A stretch of DNA of 64,000 nt, from NCBI GenBank assembly GCA_964590205.1, contig CAZPVO010000003.1:67643-131642 (forward strand), read 5' to 3'. Under the pieces are notes generated by a model. The model searched no databases. It was given only the letters and a program-made list of their open reading frames with translations, and was not told the DNA's origin. This stretch comes from an uncultured Candidatus Saccharibacteria bacterium (GTDB lineage Bacteria > Patescibacteriota > Saccharimonadia > Saccharimonadales > JAGQNJ01). Position 1 is the stretch's first letter. Every line of letters begins with the position of its first letter. This document shows positions 10,225-18,804 of the stretch, in pieces. The position numbers and the translations under genes are program-made.

Positions 10225-10997
10225 GTTCGTTTTTTAGACTGTATTGCTTTAAGTGTAAGCTCTGTTCGTTTTTTTGCATAGCCACAGAAGTCGCATTCAC
10301 CACCCATGACCGCTTTGCCGACTGGTGGCATGTCGCCCTCAAGGCATTTTTTAATTTTTGTGAGCGTTGGCTCAATCCAGCTGTCATCACCGGTATATGG
10401 AATAATCTTGGTATGGAATTCGACTTTGTCAAAGAAGCCCTCTAAATCCATGCGTCCGTTGGCATACACAAAGTAACCTGTATCACTTACTGTGAAGCCG
10501 TTTTGACGCAGTAACCATTGATAAACTTCCATCTGACGTTTGTACATAATTTGCCAGTCAGAATCGATGCTCACCTCGGCATCTTTAGCAGTTGCTTTGT
10601 AGTCAACAACGATGATTTCCCCATCAGGCTTAACCCATATATCGTCGACTGCACCAAAAATGAGTAAATTTGTTGGTTCGTGGAGCGCCTGAACGCCAAT
10701 AAAGTTTTGGCGCCATTTATCTAAATCATCGTGCGAAAACGGCGTAGCATCGAGCCCAAATTCAATCATCATTGGATGCGCTTCTTTTTTGACTCGGTAG
10801 GTGTCAAATTCTTTTTTGAGTAGTTCATCAATTGCCGAGTTTATTCGAAACGGCGGTGAGCTTGGTCGTTTAATTTTAAGCCGTTCTTCCAGCCAAAAAC
10901 AGCGCTGACACCACATAAAATTATCAATACGCGTTCGACTCAGTTTGTAGGGACTCAGTTGCCCTGGCTGGTAGGGTTCACTTCTCCGATATGCCAT
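10221..10997 (-). CDS. Stand-alone PD-(D/E)XK nuclease (Cas4/RecB-like)
   Basis: LS.TRI..F..C.RCF, GAVDDIW, VVDYKAT, QMEVYQWL, C-terminal CDFC. Confidence 0.85.
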   Translation of the reverse strand: MAYRRSEPYQPGQLSPYKLSRTRIDNFMWCQRCFWLEERLKIKRPSSPPFRINSAIDELLKKEFDTYRVKKEAHPMMIEFGLDATPFSHDDLDKWRQNFIGVQALHEPTNLLIFGAVDDIWVKPDGEIIVVDYKATAKDAEVSIDSDWQIMYKRQMEVYQWLLRQNGFTVSDTGYFVYANGRMDLEGFFDKVEFHTKIIPYTGDDSWIEPTLTKIKKCLEGDMPPVGKAVMGGECDFCGYAKKRTELTLKAIQSKKRT

Positions 10998-11008
10998 GGT
11001 GCTCAGTA

Positions 11009-11698
11009 TTATAACAGCTTGCTGATGGCCGCGACTGACGCCGTTTCGGCGCGATGAGTAAAGTCGCCAATATTAACCTGAGCTACATTTTTATCTTTAA
11101 AAAGTTGCAGCTCATCGTCGGACCAGCCACCTTCTGGCCCAACCATAACTACGAGCCTGTCAGCTAGATTTGTGTCAATTTTTTGGCCTTCTTGTTCACA
11201 GACTAACAGCTGTACTTTGCCACTAAATTCATCGATTAACGTTTCCAGAGTAATAGGCTCGCGGATTTTAGGAATATTACCTCGCCCGCATTGTTCAGCT
11301 GCTTCGATGGCAATCTTGTTTGCACGTTCTTCATTAAACCCGGTTTTCTCGGACCTATCAGCCATAATTGGAATAAAGTGATTTACGCCCAACTCTGTAC
11401 ATTTTTGAACCACCCACTCGTTTTTGTCTTTTTTGAGCAACGCCCAGGCTAAATAAATGTCTTTGCTCGGCAGTTTTCGAGTCATTTCGGTCACCAGTTC
11501 AAGATCGACTGCCTCAGGCTCAAACTTGGTAATTTTATAAAGCCGTTCGTGCTGTTCGCCGTCGAATAAAACCACTTTCTGGCCAACTTTGTAGCGCAAC
11601 ACTCGTTGCCATTGGCTTACAATATCTCTATCTTGCAGCCAGAATTTATTTTTTAGCCTATGGATTTTGGGATCAATATAAAATCTATGTAATCGCAT
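11009..11698 (-). CDS. rsmE: 16S rRNA m3U1498 methyltransferase
   Basis: QKCTELGV, EAAEQCGR, VGPEGGWS, RAETA. Confidence 0.95.
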   Translation of the reverse strand: MRLHRFYIDPKIHRLKNKFWLQDRDIVSQWQRVLRYKVGQKVVLFDGEQHERLYKITKFEPEAVDLELVTEMTRKLPSKDIYLAWALLKKDKNEWVVQKCTELGVNHFIPIMADRSEKTGFNEERANKIAIEAAEQCGRGNIPKIREPITLETLIDEFSGKVQLLVCEQEGQKIDTNLADRLVVMVGPEGGWSDDELQLFKDKNVAQVNIGDFTHRAETASVAAISKLL

Positions 11699-12347
11699 AA
11701 TAACTTGTAATTTTCAATAAATCTTCGGGCTTTTCAATCAAAAAATCAGGCCGATATGTACTGAGGATTTTTTTGTTGTTGTAGCCCCATGTAACAGATG
11801 CAACTTTTAAGCCAACCTTGTGGGCGGCTTCGACATCACGGGTTTCATCGCCAACATATATTGAGTCAGTCTTGGCTATTCGCTCTTTTTTTAGAATTTT
11901 TCGCAGACTCTTGGTTTTACCAAATACCGAAACATTGCCATAGATTGCTTTAAAATACTGGTTAAGCTGATATGTCTTAAGGAATTTTTTAATGTTCTGA
12001 TCACTGTTGCTACTCATGACATATAAATTATTGCTGCGCGAGAGTTGTTCAATTACATCGATGATGCCGTCAAATGGCTTGGCGTCAACTAACCTACCAA
12101 TAAGTTCCTTGCGGCCCCGTGTGACAAGTGTTGGTACACGTCGTAATGGGATTCCAACTCGCTTAAGTGCTTGCTGAGCTGGTAAGCCACGTAGTTCCTC
12201 AACGAGTTCAACGGTTAACTTCATATTTGTCACAGACCACTGTTCAGCAACCTCAATCAAGATTGGTAATGTATTGGCAATGGTACCGTCAAAATCAAAG
12301 ATAATATTTAAAGATTTGTCTTGTTTGGGGCTATCAAGCTCCGCCAT
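11685..12347 (-). CDS. HAD-family hydrolase (phosphoglycolate phosphatase-like)
   Basis: FDFDGT motif I, SSN motif II, YVGDETRD motif IV, TWGY. Confidence 0.9.
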   Translation of the reverse strand: MAELDSPKQDKSLNIIFDFDGTIANTLPILIEVAEQWSVTNMKLTVELVEELRGLPAQQALKRVGIPLRRVPTLVTRGRKELIGRLVDAKPFDGIIDVIEQLSRSNNLYVMSSNSDQNIKKFLKTYQLNQYFKAIYGNVSVFGKTKSLRKILKKERIAKTDSIYVGDETRDVEAAHKVGLKVASVTWGYNNKKILSTYRPDFLIEKPEDLLKITSYYAIT

Positions 12348-12353
12348 TTTTGC

Positions 12354-13136
12354 TTAGCCTCGTAGTCCAGCCAATAAGATACCCACCAACGCCACTTTTA
12401 TTCCAATGTCGATAACCAGGTAATTTCGTTCAACAAAATTATAACTTTTCCAGTTTTTAACTTTTCTAATTCCCTGCAACTGGTTCAAGCCAATCAAACA
12501 AAAACCAACCAGAACTGCGAACACTAAAGCATAGCTATACCATGGCAAGCGAATCATGCCGTAGATCGCCGTAAAGAGCAATGACCCTAAAATTGCCAAC
12601 CATGGCAAAATACCACTGACAACACCAATACCAAATGCACTGTAATCCGGAGTTTTTGCTTGAGTATTTTGTTTATCAGCCAGCCAACTTAGTGCACACG
12701 TCAGGACAATCGCACCCGCACACAACTTGACTGTTACCGGATCACTGATTCCAGCTAACAGCGCCACGATTTCAATTGTGATTGCCGAACTGATACCTAA
12801 ATCAATCCAACGCAGTGGGCTCTGAGCTTTTTTAAGTTCTTGATGGTAGGCCAGCTCGCCTCTGGTAATACGGTAAATAGCAATCCCGCCTGAAATGAGC
12901 AATGCAATCGCAGCCATGTATGCAATTGGCGCATCAAACCAGTTTCTCATTCCCGGTACAAAAACCGTTTGGGCTTGGCTGGTAAGTGCTTCTTTGGTAA
13001 TAAACAAGATGTTAATCGGCACAGTGTTGCTGCGAATCATGGCAATGAGTGCAACCGCGCCGACACCACACAATATTGCGCGAACAATTTGCAGCGTACG
13101 TATATCTTTTAAGTACGTCTTTTTAGCGTTTGCCAT
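12354..13136 (-). CDS. Divergent heliorhodopsin-family 7TM protein
   Basis: Seven hydrophobic segments; SPLRWIDLGISSA (cf. NIFRWVEYSLSSS), AGISD, GILPW, NQLQ..K...WKSY..VERNYLVIDIGIK (cf. WSNYLRGERAYIVLSLVAK) with retinal Lys at 12396-12398. Start moved to ATG 13136 because ATG 13148 overlaps a TGcTAGAAT -10 box. Confidence 0.82.
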   Translation of the reverse strand: MANAKKTYLKDIRTLQIVRAILCGVGAVALIAMIRSNTVPINILFITKEALTSQAQTVFVPGMRNWFDAPIAYMAAIALLISGGIAIYRITRGELAYHQELKKAQSPLRWIDLGISSAITIEIVALLAGISDPVTVKLCAGAIVLTCALSWLADKQNTQAKTPDYSAFGIGVVSGILPWLAILGSLLFTAIYGMIRLPWYSYALVFAVLVGFCLIGLNQLQGIRKVKNWKSYNFVERNYLVIDIGIKVALVGILLAGLRG

Positions 13137-13177
13137 CTTAAGAGACATTCTAGCACATCGGATACCATAACGGGGAG

Positions 13178-13699
13178 TTATTTCAAGCGCTCAGCGAATT
13201 TCGTTCGCAATTTATCAAGTTTTGGATTGATGATCACTTGGCAGTAGGCTTGCTCTGGGTGATTTTTAAAGAAATTGTGATGCTCTGCTTCCGCTTCATA
13301 GAACTTTGCAAGAGGCTGTAGCTCAGTTACGATAGGATTACCCCATAGTTTCTGCGTTTGCGCGATCGAAGCTTCGGCCTCAGTTTTTTGTTTGTCATTT
13401 TCGTATAAAATAATTGATCGATATTCTGGCCCTTCATCATTCCCTTGTCGATCCTTGGTTGTAGGATCGTGAATTGCCCAAAAAATATCCAAAATATCAG
13501 TATAGCTAATAATCTCAGGGTCAAAAGTAATCTTCACAACTTCCGCATGGCCACTATCAGAGTAGTGTAAGTCTTCGTAATGTGGATCTTTAAGGTGCCC
13601 CCCTGCGTAGCCAGGCACGACTTTACTGACGCCACGAATTAACTGATAGCTTGCTTCCAGGCACCAAAAACATCCTCCACCTAATACGGCTGTTTCCAT
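13178..13699 (-). CDS. msrA: Peptide methionine sulfoxide reductase A
   Basis: GGGCFWC, GYAGG, HAEVV, HDPTT..RQGND.G.EYRS, FYEAE. Confidence 0.96.
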   Translation of the reverse strand: METAVLGGGCFWCLEASYQLIRGVSKVVPGYAGGHLKDPHYEDLHYSDSGHAEVVKITFDPEIISYTDILDIFWAIHDPTTKDRQGNDEGPEYRSIILYENDKQKTEAEASIAQTQKLWGNPIVTELQPLAKFYEAEAEHHNFFKNHPEQAYCQVIINPKLDKLRTKFAERLK

Positions 13700-13708
13700 A
13701 CTTTTATT

Positions 13709-14077
13709 TTACTCCCTCTCATGAATCTGGCGATGATTGAGGCCAAAATAATGTGCCATTTCGTGCCACAGAGTGTGTCGCACGTTTTCCAGTAATTCTT
13801 CTTCGTTTCTACTTGAAGCAAAAAGCGGAATTTTAAAGATGGTGATTTTATCGGGCAAGATTGGTTGCGTGCCACCGCGCGCAGGCAGTGGTATACCCTC
13901 GTATAAACCATATAAGGACTGATTATCAGCCAGTTGTAGTTTTTGCCGCTGTTCCAAGCTCGGTACATCGGCGTAAATGATGGCGATGTTATTCAACCGC
14001 GACGTATATTTTTTAGGCAAGCTATCGAGTGCCTTACTAATAATTTTGTCGAATTCGTCGTCGGTTGGAACTTGCAT
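13709..14077 (-). CDS. Zincin-like metallopeptidase (Zincin_1/DUF1025)
   Basis: LYGLYEGIPL, PDKITIF, HEMAHYFG (HExxH). Confidence 0.88.
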   Translation of the reverse strand: MQVPTDDEFDKIISKALDSLPKKYTSRLNNIAIIYADVPSLEQRQKLQLADNQSLYGLYEGIPLPARGGTQPILPDKITIFKIPLFASSRNEEELLENVRHTLWHEMAHYFGLNHRQIHERE

Positions 14078-14079
14078 AT

Positions 14080-14520
14080 TTAGAGTTTAATTTTGCTCAC
14101 ATCACCATCTAAGATTGTGCAACCCATCCCATATACTTCCTCAAATACAAGATTGTCTTTTTTAACTGCGTTTAGCACATAGATTAGTTTTTTTAGGTAA
14201 TATGCCAAGGCCATTTCCATGAGCCCATTTGGACCAATGTAATCTGGTTTGCCTGGTTTGTCATCATTAATGACAAGTATTGCATCGGCCTTTTCAACTT
14301 CTTTAAAATGCATATCCATAAATTGCTGTTTGCTGGTGAAATCTTCTGGATTGTCATACCAGGTTTTGAGCGGCTTAACGTCGTAGTTTTTAGTCTTACG
14401 CATAATTGCTGCATTGTGCGGCACGATAGTCTTGTAACCCTGTTCCTCGAGCTTATCGGCGATCTCGTTTACATGTTTATAAAAAGCTGAACTGGCACAA
14501 ATTGTAATTATTTTAGCCAT
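14080..14520 (-). CDS. Nucleoside 2-deoxyribosyltransferase-like protein
   Basis: ITICAS..F, ADAILVIN, YIGPNGLMEMALAY..KK.IY pattern of the NDT/Rcl-like fold. Confidence 0.6.
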   Translation of the reverse strand: MAKIITICASSAFYKHVNEIADKLEEQGYKTIVPHNAAIMRKTKNYDVKPLKTWYDNPEDFTSKQQFMDMHFKEVEKADAILVINDDKPGKPDYIGPNGLMEMALAYYLKKLIYVLNAVKKDNLVFEEVYGMGCTILDGDVSKIKL

Positions 14521-16053
14521 TTATGATTCCAACCTTAGTCTTTTGATCAACCAGTCACGTGGCAATAAGCTTAAAAACCAACCAGCACGTGGGCCGGCAC
14601 TCTTATTAATAATGGCTTGATACAGTGTGCTAAATAATTCTTTTGGCTCAACACCAAGCTCATCTTTAAATTCATAAATAGCTTTATGGAACCACTCGCC
14701 ATCAGCATCTTCAGGTGCGTTTTCAATTTTATCCGCCAGTTTGCTCATGAAGTCTTTTTGCTTATCATCGAACTTACTAGCGTCAACTTGTTCGCTCAGC
14801 TCAAATTTAACGTCTTCTGGCGCAGCTTTGGCGAGCCATTCATTAATAAATGCTAATTCTGCCTTAATAATCTCTTCTTGTGACTCAGCCGTCTTTTTGT
14901 ACTCACTACGTTTAATAATATCGAGTGTTTTAACCGGATCTTTGAGTGCCGCCTGGTAGCTCGCAACTAGTAACGTAAATGGAATGTGGCTGATTGTTTT
15001 TTCTTCCAGTCCATCGGTACAAATATCAATTAATTGCTGCTGTTCATCTGTTTTATTCTCCATGGCAAGCAGCTCACTAAACTCATCAATCAAACGCATG
15101 AGTGTTGGCCCTTGATCAAAAAAAAGCAATTTGTCCGGGCTATAGCGGATAACAAAATACCACACGACTTCAGCTGGCAACATGCGAAGTAATTCTGTGG
15201 CGGTAATTGTATCGCCAGCGCTTTTACTCATCTTCTTAGTGTCACCAGTACGATTGATAAAATTATAGGGAATTGGGAAAGGTGCCTCAACACCGTAGAC
15301 TTTTTTGACAATGTGCGTACCTGTTTCATAACTGCCGCCTTTGGTGGCGTGATCCCGCCCAAATGGTTCAGCTTCTACTTTAAGTAGCCACCAACGCGCA
15401 GCCCAATCGATACGCCAGGCTAGTTTTACCTCGCCCTTATCGTAAGAAACTACCTGCTCTTTATTATCTTTATCAATATATGCCACCTGATTCTTGTCAG
15501 TATCAATTTTTACAAACTGTCGATTTTTGAGTCGGCCATCTTCGAGCACCTGAATTGGTGTCCAGGAATCTTCGAGTTTACGTCCGGACACATCTTCAAG
15601 TACTTTCTTGATGTCGTCAGTGTGCGTGAGGGCTTTTTCAATTGCTGGTACAAAGAATCCGCTGCGATACTTTTCGTGCGAACGCATGACATCCAGCTGC
15701 AGCTTGAGAGCATCAGCAGCTTCAAGCATGTCTGCGAAGTAAAAATCTGCATATGAACGCTCTGACCCATCTGGGGCTGGTACATCACAAAGCGGCATGC
15801 CCAAATATTGCTCCCATTTTTCATCAATACCGGCTGGAACTTTGCGAAAAATATCCAAATCATCAACCACATGGATATGATGAGCTGTTCGACCTCGACG
15901 TCGAACTTCTCGGGCAATCGCTTCGGCGGTTAGCACTTCTCGCAGCGTACCTAAATGATAGGTGCCGGATGGTGAAACACCTGAACTGACTATTATCTCA
16001 CCCTCTGGATGACGTTTTTCCAACTCATCAACAACTTTATTTAGCCAGAACAT
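14521..16053 (-). CDS. lysS: Class I lysine--tRNA ligase
   Basis: SGVSPSG..HLGT (HIGH-like), KLAWRIDW..RW, EPFGRDH...GGS, KMSKS, GPRAG; class I (LysK-type). Confidence 0.95.
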   Translation of the reverse strand: MFWLNKVVDELEKRHPEGEIIVSSGVSPSGTYHLGTLREVLTAEAIAREVRRRGRTAHHIHVVDDLDIFRKVPAGIDEKWEQYLGMPLCDVPAPDGSERSYADFYFADMLEAADALKLQLDVMRSHEKYRSGFFVPAIEKALTHTDDIKKVLEDVSGRKLEDSWTPIQVLEDGRLKNRQFVKIDTDKNQVAYIDKDNKEQVVSYDKGEVKLAWRIDWAARWWLLKVEAEPFGRDHATKGGSYETGTHIVKKVYGVEAPFPIPYNFINRTGDTKKMSKSAGDTITATELLRMLPAEVVWYFVIRYSPDKLLFFDQGPTLMRLIDEFSELLAMENKTDEQQQLIDICTDGLEEKTISHIPFTLLVASYQAALKDPVKTLDIIKRSEYKKTAESQEEIIKAELAFINEWLAKAAPEDVKFELSEQVDASKFDDKQKDFMSKLADKIENAPEDADGEWFHKAIYEFKDELGVEPKELFSTLYQAIINKSAGPRAGWFLSLLPRDWLIKRLRLES

Positions 16054-16087
16054 ATCTACAAATTATACAAGACGAGCCGGAACGAGC

Positions 16088-16549
16088 CTAAGCTATTACT
16101 ACAACTTTGTAACTGGCAGTCTCGGCAGGTGTTTTAATTTCAACGGAGTCGCCAACTTTTTTGTTGAGCAACGCTTTACCAATTGGGGATTCGTCTGAGA
16201 TTTTGCCATTCATTGGATCAGCTTCAACTGTTCCAACAACTTGGAACTCTTTTTGTTTGCCGCTGTCGCCTTTAAGCGTAACTTTGGAGCCAAGCTGAAC
16301 TTTACTATCACCACGTGGCTTTTTAATAACTTCTACGTTTAGAAGAATGTGCTCGATTTCTGCGATACGACCTTCTACACGCTCTTGTTCCTGGCGGGCA
16401 GAAGTATACTCAGCATTTTCAGCTAGATCACCAAATTCGCGGGCAGTCTTGATTCTTTCAGCAATAACGGGTCGCTGGGAAATGAGTTCTTCGCACTCTT
16501 GTTTTAATTCGTCCACACCCTCTTTGGTCAGATGAAACTGCTTTTTCAT
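16088..16549 (-). CDS. greA: Transcription elongation factor GreA
   Basis: GDLAENAEY, EADP..GKIS.ESPIG.ALL. Confidence 0.97.
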   Translation of the reverse strand: MKKQFHLTKEGVDELKQECEELISQRPVIAERIKTAREFGDLAENAEYTSARQEQERVEGRIAEIEHILLNVEVIKKPRGDSKVQLGSKVTLKGDSGKQKEFQVVGTVEADPMNGKISDESPIGKALLNKKVGDSVEIKTPAETASYKVVVIA

Positions 16550-16611
16550 GGCAGTACTCCTTATATTGCTTATGTTAGTTTAGGGAGTTACCGTAGTATA
16601 GCAAGTGAGGT

Positions 16612-17862
16612 CTATGCTGCCAACACTTTTTTTAATTGTTCGTTATCGAGCAATTCGCTATCTGTTTTTGTCCGTTTTTTGTATTCAAATTTTTTAGCCT
16701 TTAGCGTTTTTTCGCTTACTACAATACGATGCGGAATTCCAAGTAAATCGGCATCCGCAAACTTCTCGCCAGCTCGCACCTCACGATCATCATATAACAC
16801 TTCGATGCCAGATTTCTGTAAATCTTCATACAAATCATCTGTGGCTTTTATTACATCTTTATCTTCGCCGAGTCGAACTAAGTAGACCCTGAACGGCGCA
16901 ATATTCTCTGGCCACACCAAGCCCTTGTCATCGGAAAAGTGTTCTGCGATTACGCCCATCAGACGTGTTACACCTATTCCATATGAGCCCAAGTAAACTG
17001 ATGCCTTATTTCCCTTTTCGTCAGTTACATATAAGCCCATGTCATCACACTTCTGTGTTCCAAAGTTAAAGATATTACCAACCTCAGCCGCTTTTACTTC
17101 TTCTAAATCTTCACGTTTAAGACCTAGTTTTTTGAGTGACTCTTCGTCTAGAACCTCTTCGTTGATAGCTACGTTCTTCTTACGATCAAGATAGATAACA
17201 TCTTCGCCGGCCTCAGTAATCGTCTGGAATTCATGGCTGTACTTTGTAAATGCTCCACCGGCCGCGAAAGTAATATAGGTAATATCGCCAAGTCCTACTC
17301 GATCATAAACTTTCATGTAAGCTTCTTTTGCTCTCTCGTAAAAATCAAGGTGGGCTTTTTCATCAATGTGATAGTCATACATGTCATTCATGACAAATTC
17401 GCGGCCACGCATAATGCCACTCTTTGAACGCAATTCGTTGCGAAGCTTGGTCTGGAATTGGTGAACCACTACTGGAAAATCGCGGTAACTTGCAACGTAG
17501 TTTTTCATCATTTCCGTGATTGGCTCTTCGTGAGACCAGCCAAAACCAACCTCGGTGCCGTTTTTGAGCTGTGATTTAAACCAAACATCGACAACTTCAT
17601 CATCCCACCTGCTCGTTCGCTCCCAGAGTTCTTTGCTCTGTAAACTTGTCATGATGATTTCTTGTCCACCAATGGCGTTCATTTCCTCTCGGACAATTTG
17701 CTTAATATTTTCAAGCACCCGTAATCCTAGCGGCAAGTATGCATACACGCCAGCCATCTCTTTATGAATATAGCCAGCTTGAATTAAAAGCTTCGCGTTA
17801 TGCGACGTTTCGTCAGCTGGTACTTCTTTTCGAGTTTTTGTAAATAGTTGTGATGATCTCAT
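16612..17862 (-). CDS. proS: Proline--tRNA ligase (short form, no INS editing domain)
   Basis: MRSSQLF.KT, GIMRGREF, EVGNIF.FG, GSYGIG, GEKFADADLLGIP. Confidence 0.95.
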   Translation of the reverse strand: MRSSQLFTKTRKEVPADETSHNAKLLIQAGYIHKEMAGVYAYLPLGLRVLENIKQIVREEMNAIGGQEIIMTSLQSKELWERTSRWDDEVVDVWFKSQLKNGTEVGFGWSHEEPITEMMKNYVASYRDFPVVVHQFQTKLRNELRSKSGIMRGREFVMNDMYDYHIDEKAHLDFYERAKEAYMKVYDRVGLGDITYITFAAGGAFTKYSHEFQTITEAGEDVIYLDRKKNVAINEEVLDEESLKKLGLKREDLEEVKAAEVGNIFNFGTQKCDDMGLYVTDEKGNKASVYLGSYGIGVTRLMGVIAEHFSDDKGLVWPENIAPFRVYLVRLGEDKDVIKATDDLYEDLQKSGIEVLYDDREVRAGEKFADADLLGIPHRIVVSEKTLKAKKFEYKKRTKTDSELLDNEQLKKVLAA

Positions 17863-17997
17863 GTTTATCCTTGTTCATCTTAAAAAGTAAAAATTATAAA
17901 GCAAAATTATAGACGGCCTGTGGCCGGAAGCTTTGGATTTTGACTTTTTAGATCACACATAATCAAGGGTTATTGTACCCTAGAACTTACGTTATGA

Positions 17998-18804
17998 CTA
18001 CATGCCAGCCTTAAAGACAAAGAGCAGCATAAAAGCCATACCATTTTTGAGCATGTGCAAGATAATAGACGCTGTCAGTGAATTTCGTGTTTCGCGCAAG
18101 TAAACAAGCACCATCGATAATGTAAAGGTATCTATGGCAGCAGCCCACAAAAGTGGTGCACCACTACCAAATTGCAGATGAGCCATCGCAAACAAAATAC
18201 TGGTAATAATGGCGGCTGGGATAAACTTTAGCTTTGTCCTGAGGCCAGTGTATAGAAAACCACGAACTAGGATTTCCTCAGCAATTGGCGGTAATATAAC
18301 CAGGCTCAAAAAGACAAAAATCATATCTTTTGTCGACTTGGCAGTTTCAAAGCCAATTTCCTGCTTTTGATCTAAGTTAATCTGTGGAACCAGTTTTTGG
18401 ACTACGAAAAATATGGCTATATAGGCCAAAAAATAGATACCGAAGCCAATCAGTGCATAGAGAGCTTCTTTGGCGTGCGGCTTAACCAGACCAATGGCTT
18501 TCATGCTCAGTCGGCGGAGTTTCAAAACCCCGTAAACCGCCAAAACAACAAGTGCTTCGATTAAAAATATCATGAAGAATTGTGCCAAAACTGAGCTTGT
18601 GAGCCATGCCTGGGCGGTGCTTGTGCTCCAGCCTTTTGAATTTGTGTAGAGCAGTATTATGACTTCGGTGACAATTTGTGTTGCCAAGTAAATAAAAATT
18701 GTCAGAACTACTGCGCTAACAGGTCCCCACATTTTTTTGACAGGTTTAGCTTTTGGCTCTGGTCCCCCCGCCACAATTGAATCGGAGTGATCAGTAATTT
18801 CCAC
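17998..18804 (-). CDS. CPBP/Abi-family intramembrane glutamic protease
   Basis: EE..(V)RG, FAMAH, SIILH..KN motifs; multiple TMs. Confidence 0.9.
   Translation of the reverse strand: MEITDHSDSIVAGGPEPKAKPVKKMWGPVSAVVLTIFIYLATQIVTEVIILLYTNSKGWSTSTAQAWLTSSVLAQFFMIFLIEALVVLAVYGVLKLRRLSMKAIGLVKPHAKEALYALIGFGIYFLAYIAIFFVVQKLVPQINLDQKQEIGFETAKSTKDMIFVFLSLVILPPIAEEILVRGFLYTGLRTKLKFIPAAIITSILFAMAHLQFGSGAPLLWAAAIDTFTLSMVLVYLRETRNSLTASIILHMLKNGMAFMLLFVFKAGM

Noticed and set aside
10221-10997. Possible CRISPR-Cas locus around the Cas4-like gene
   Set aside because: No repeat-spacer array or other cas genes seen in the window.
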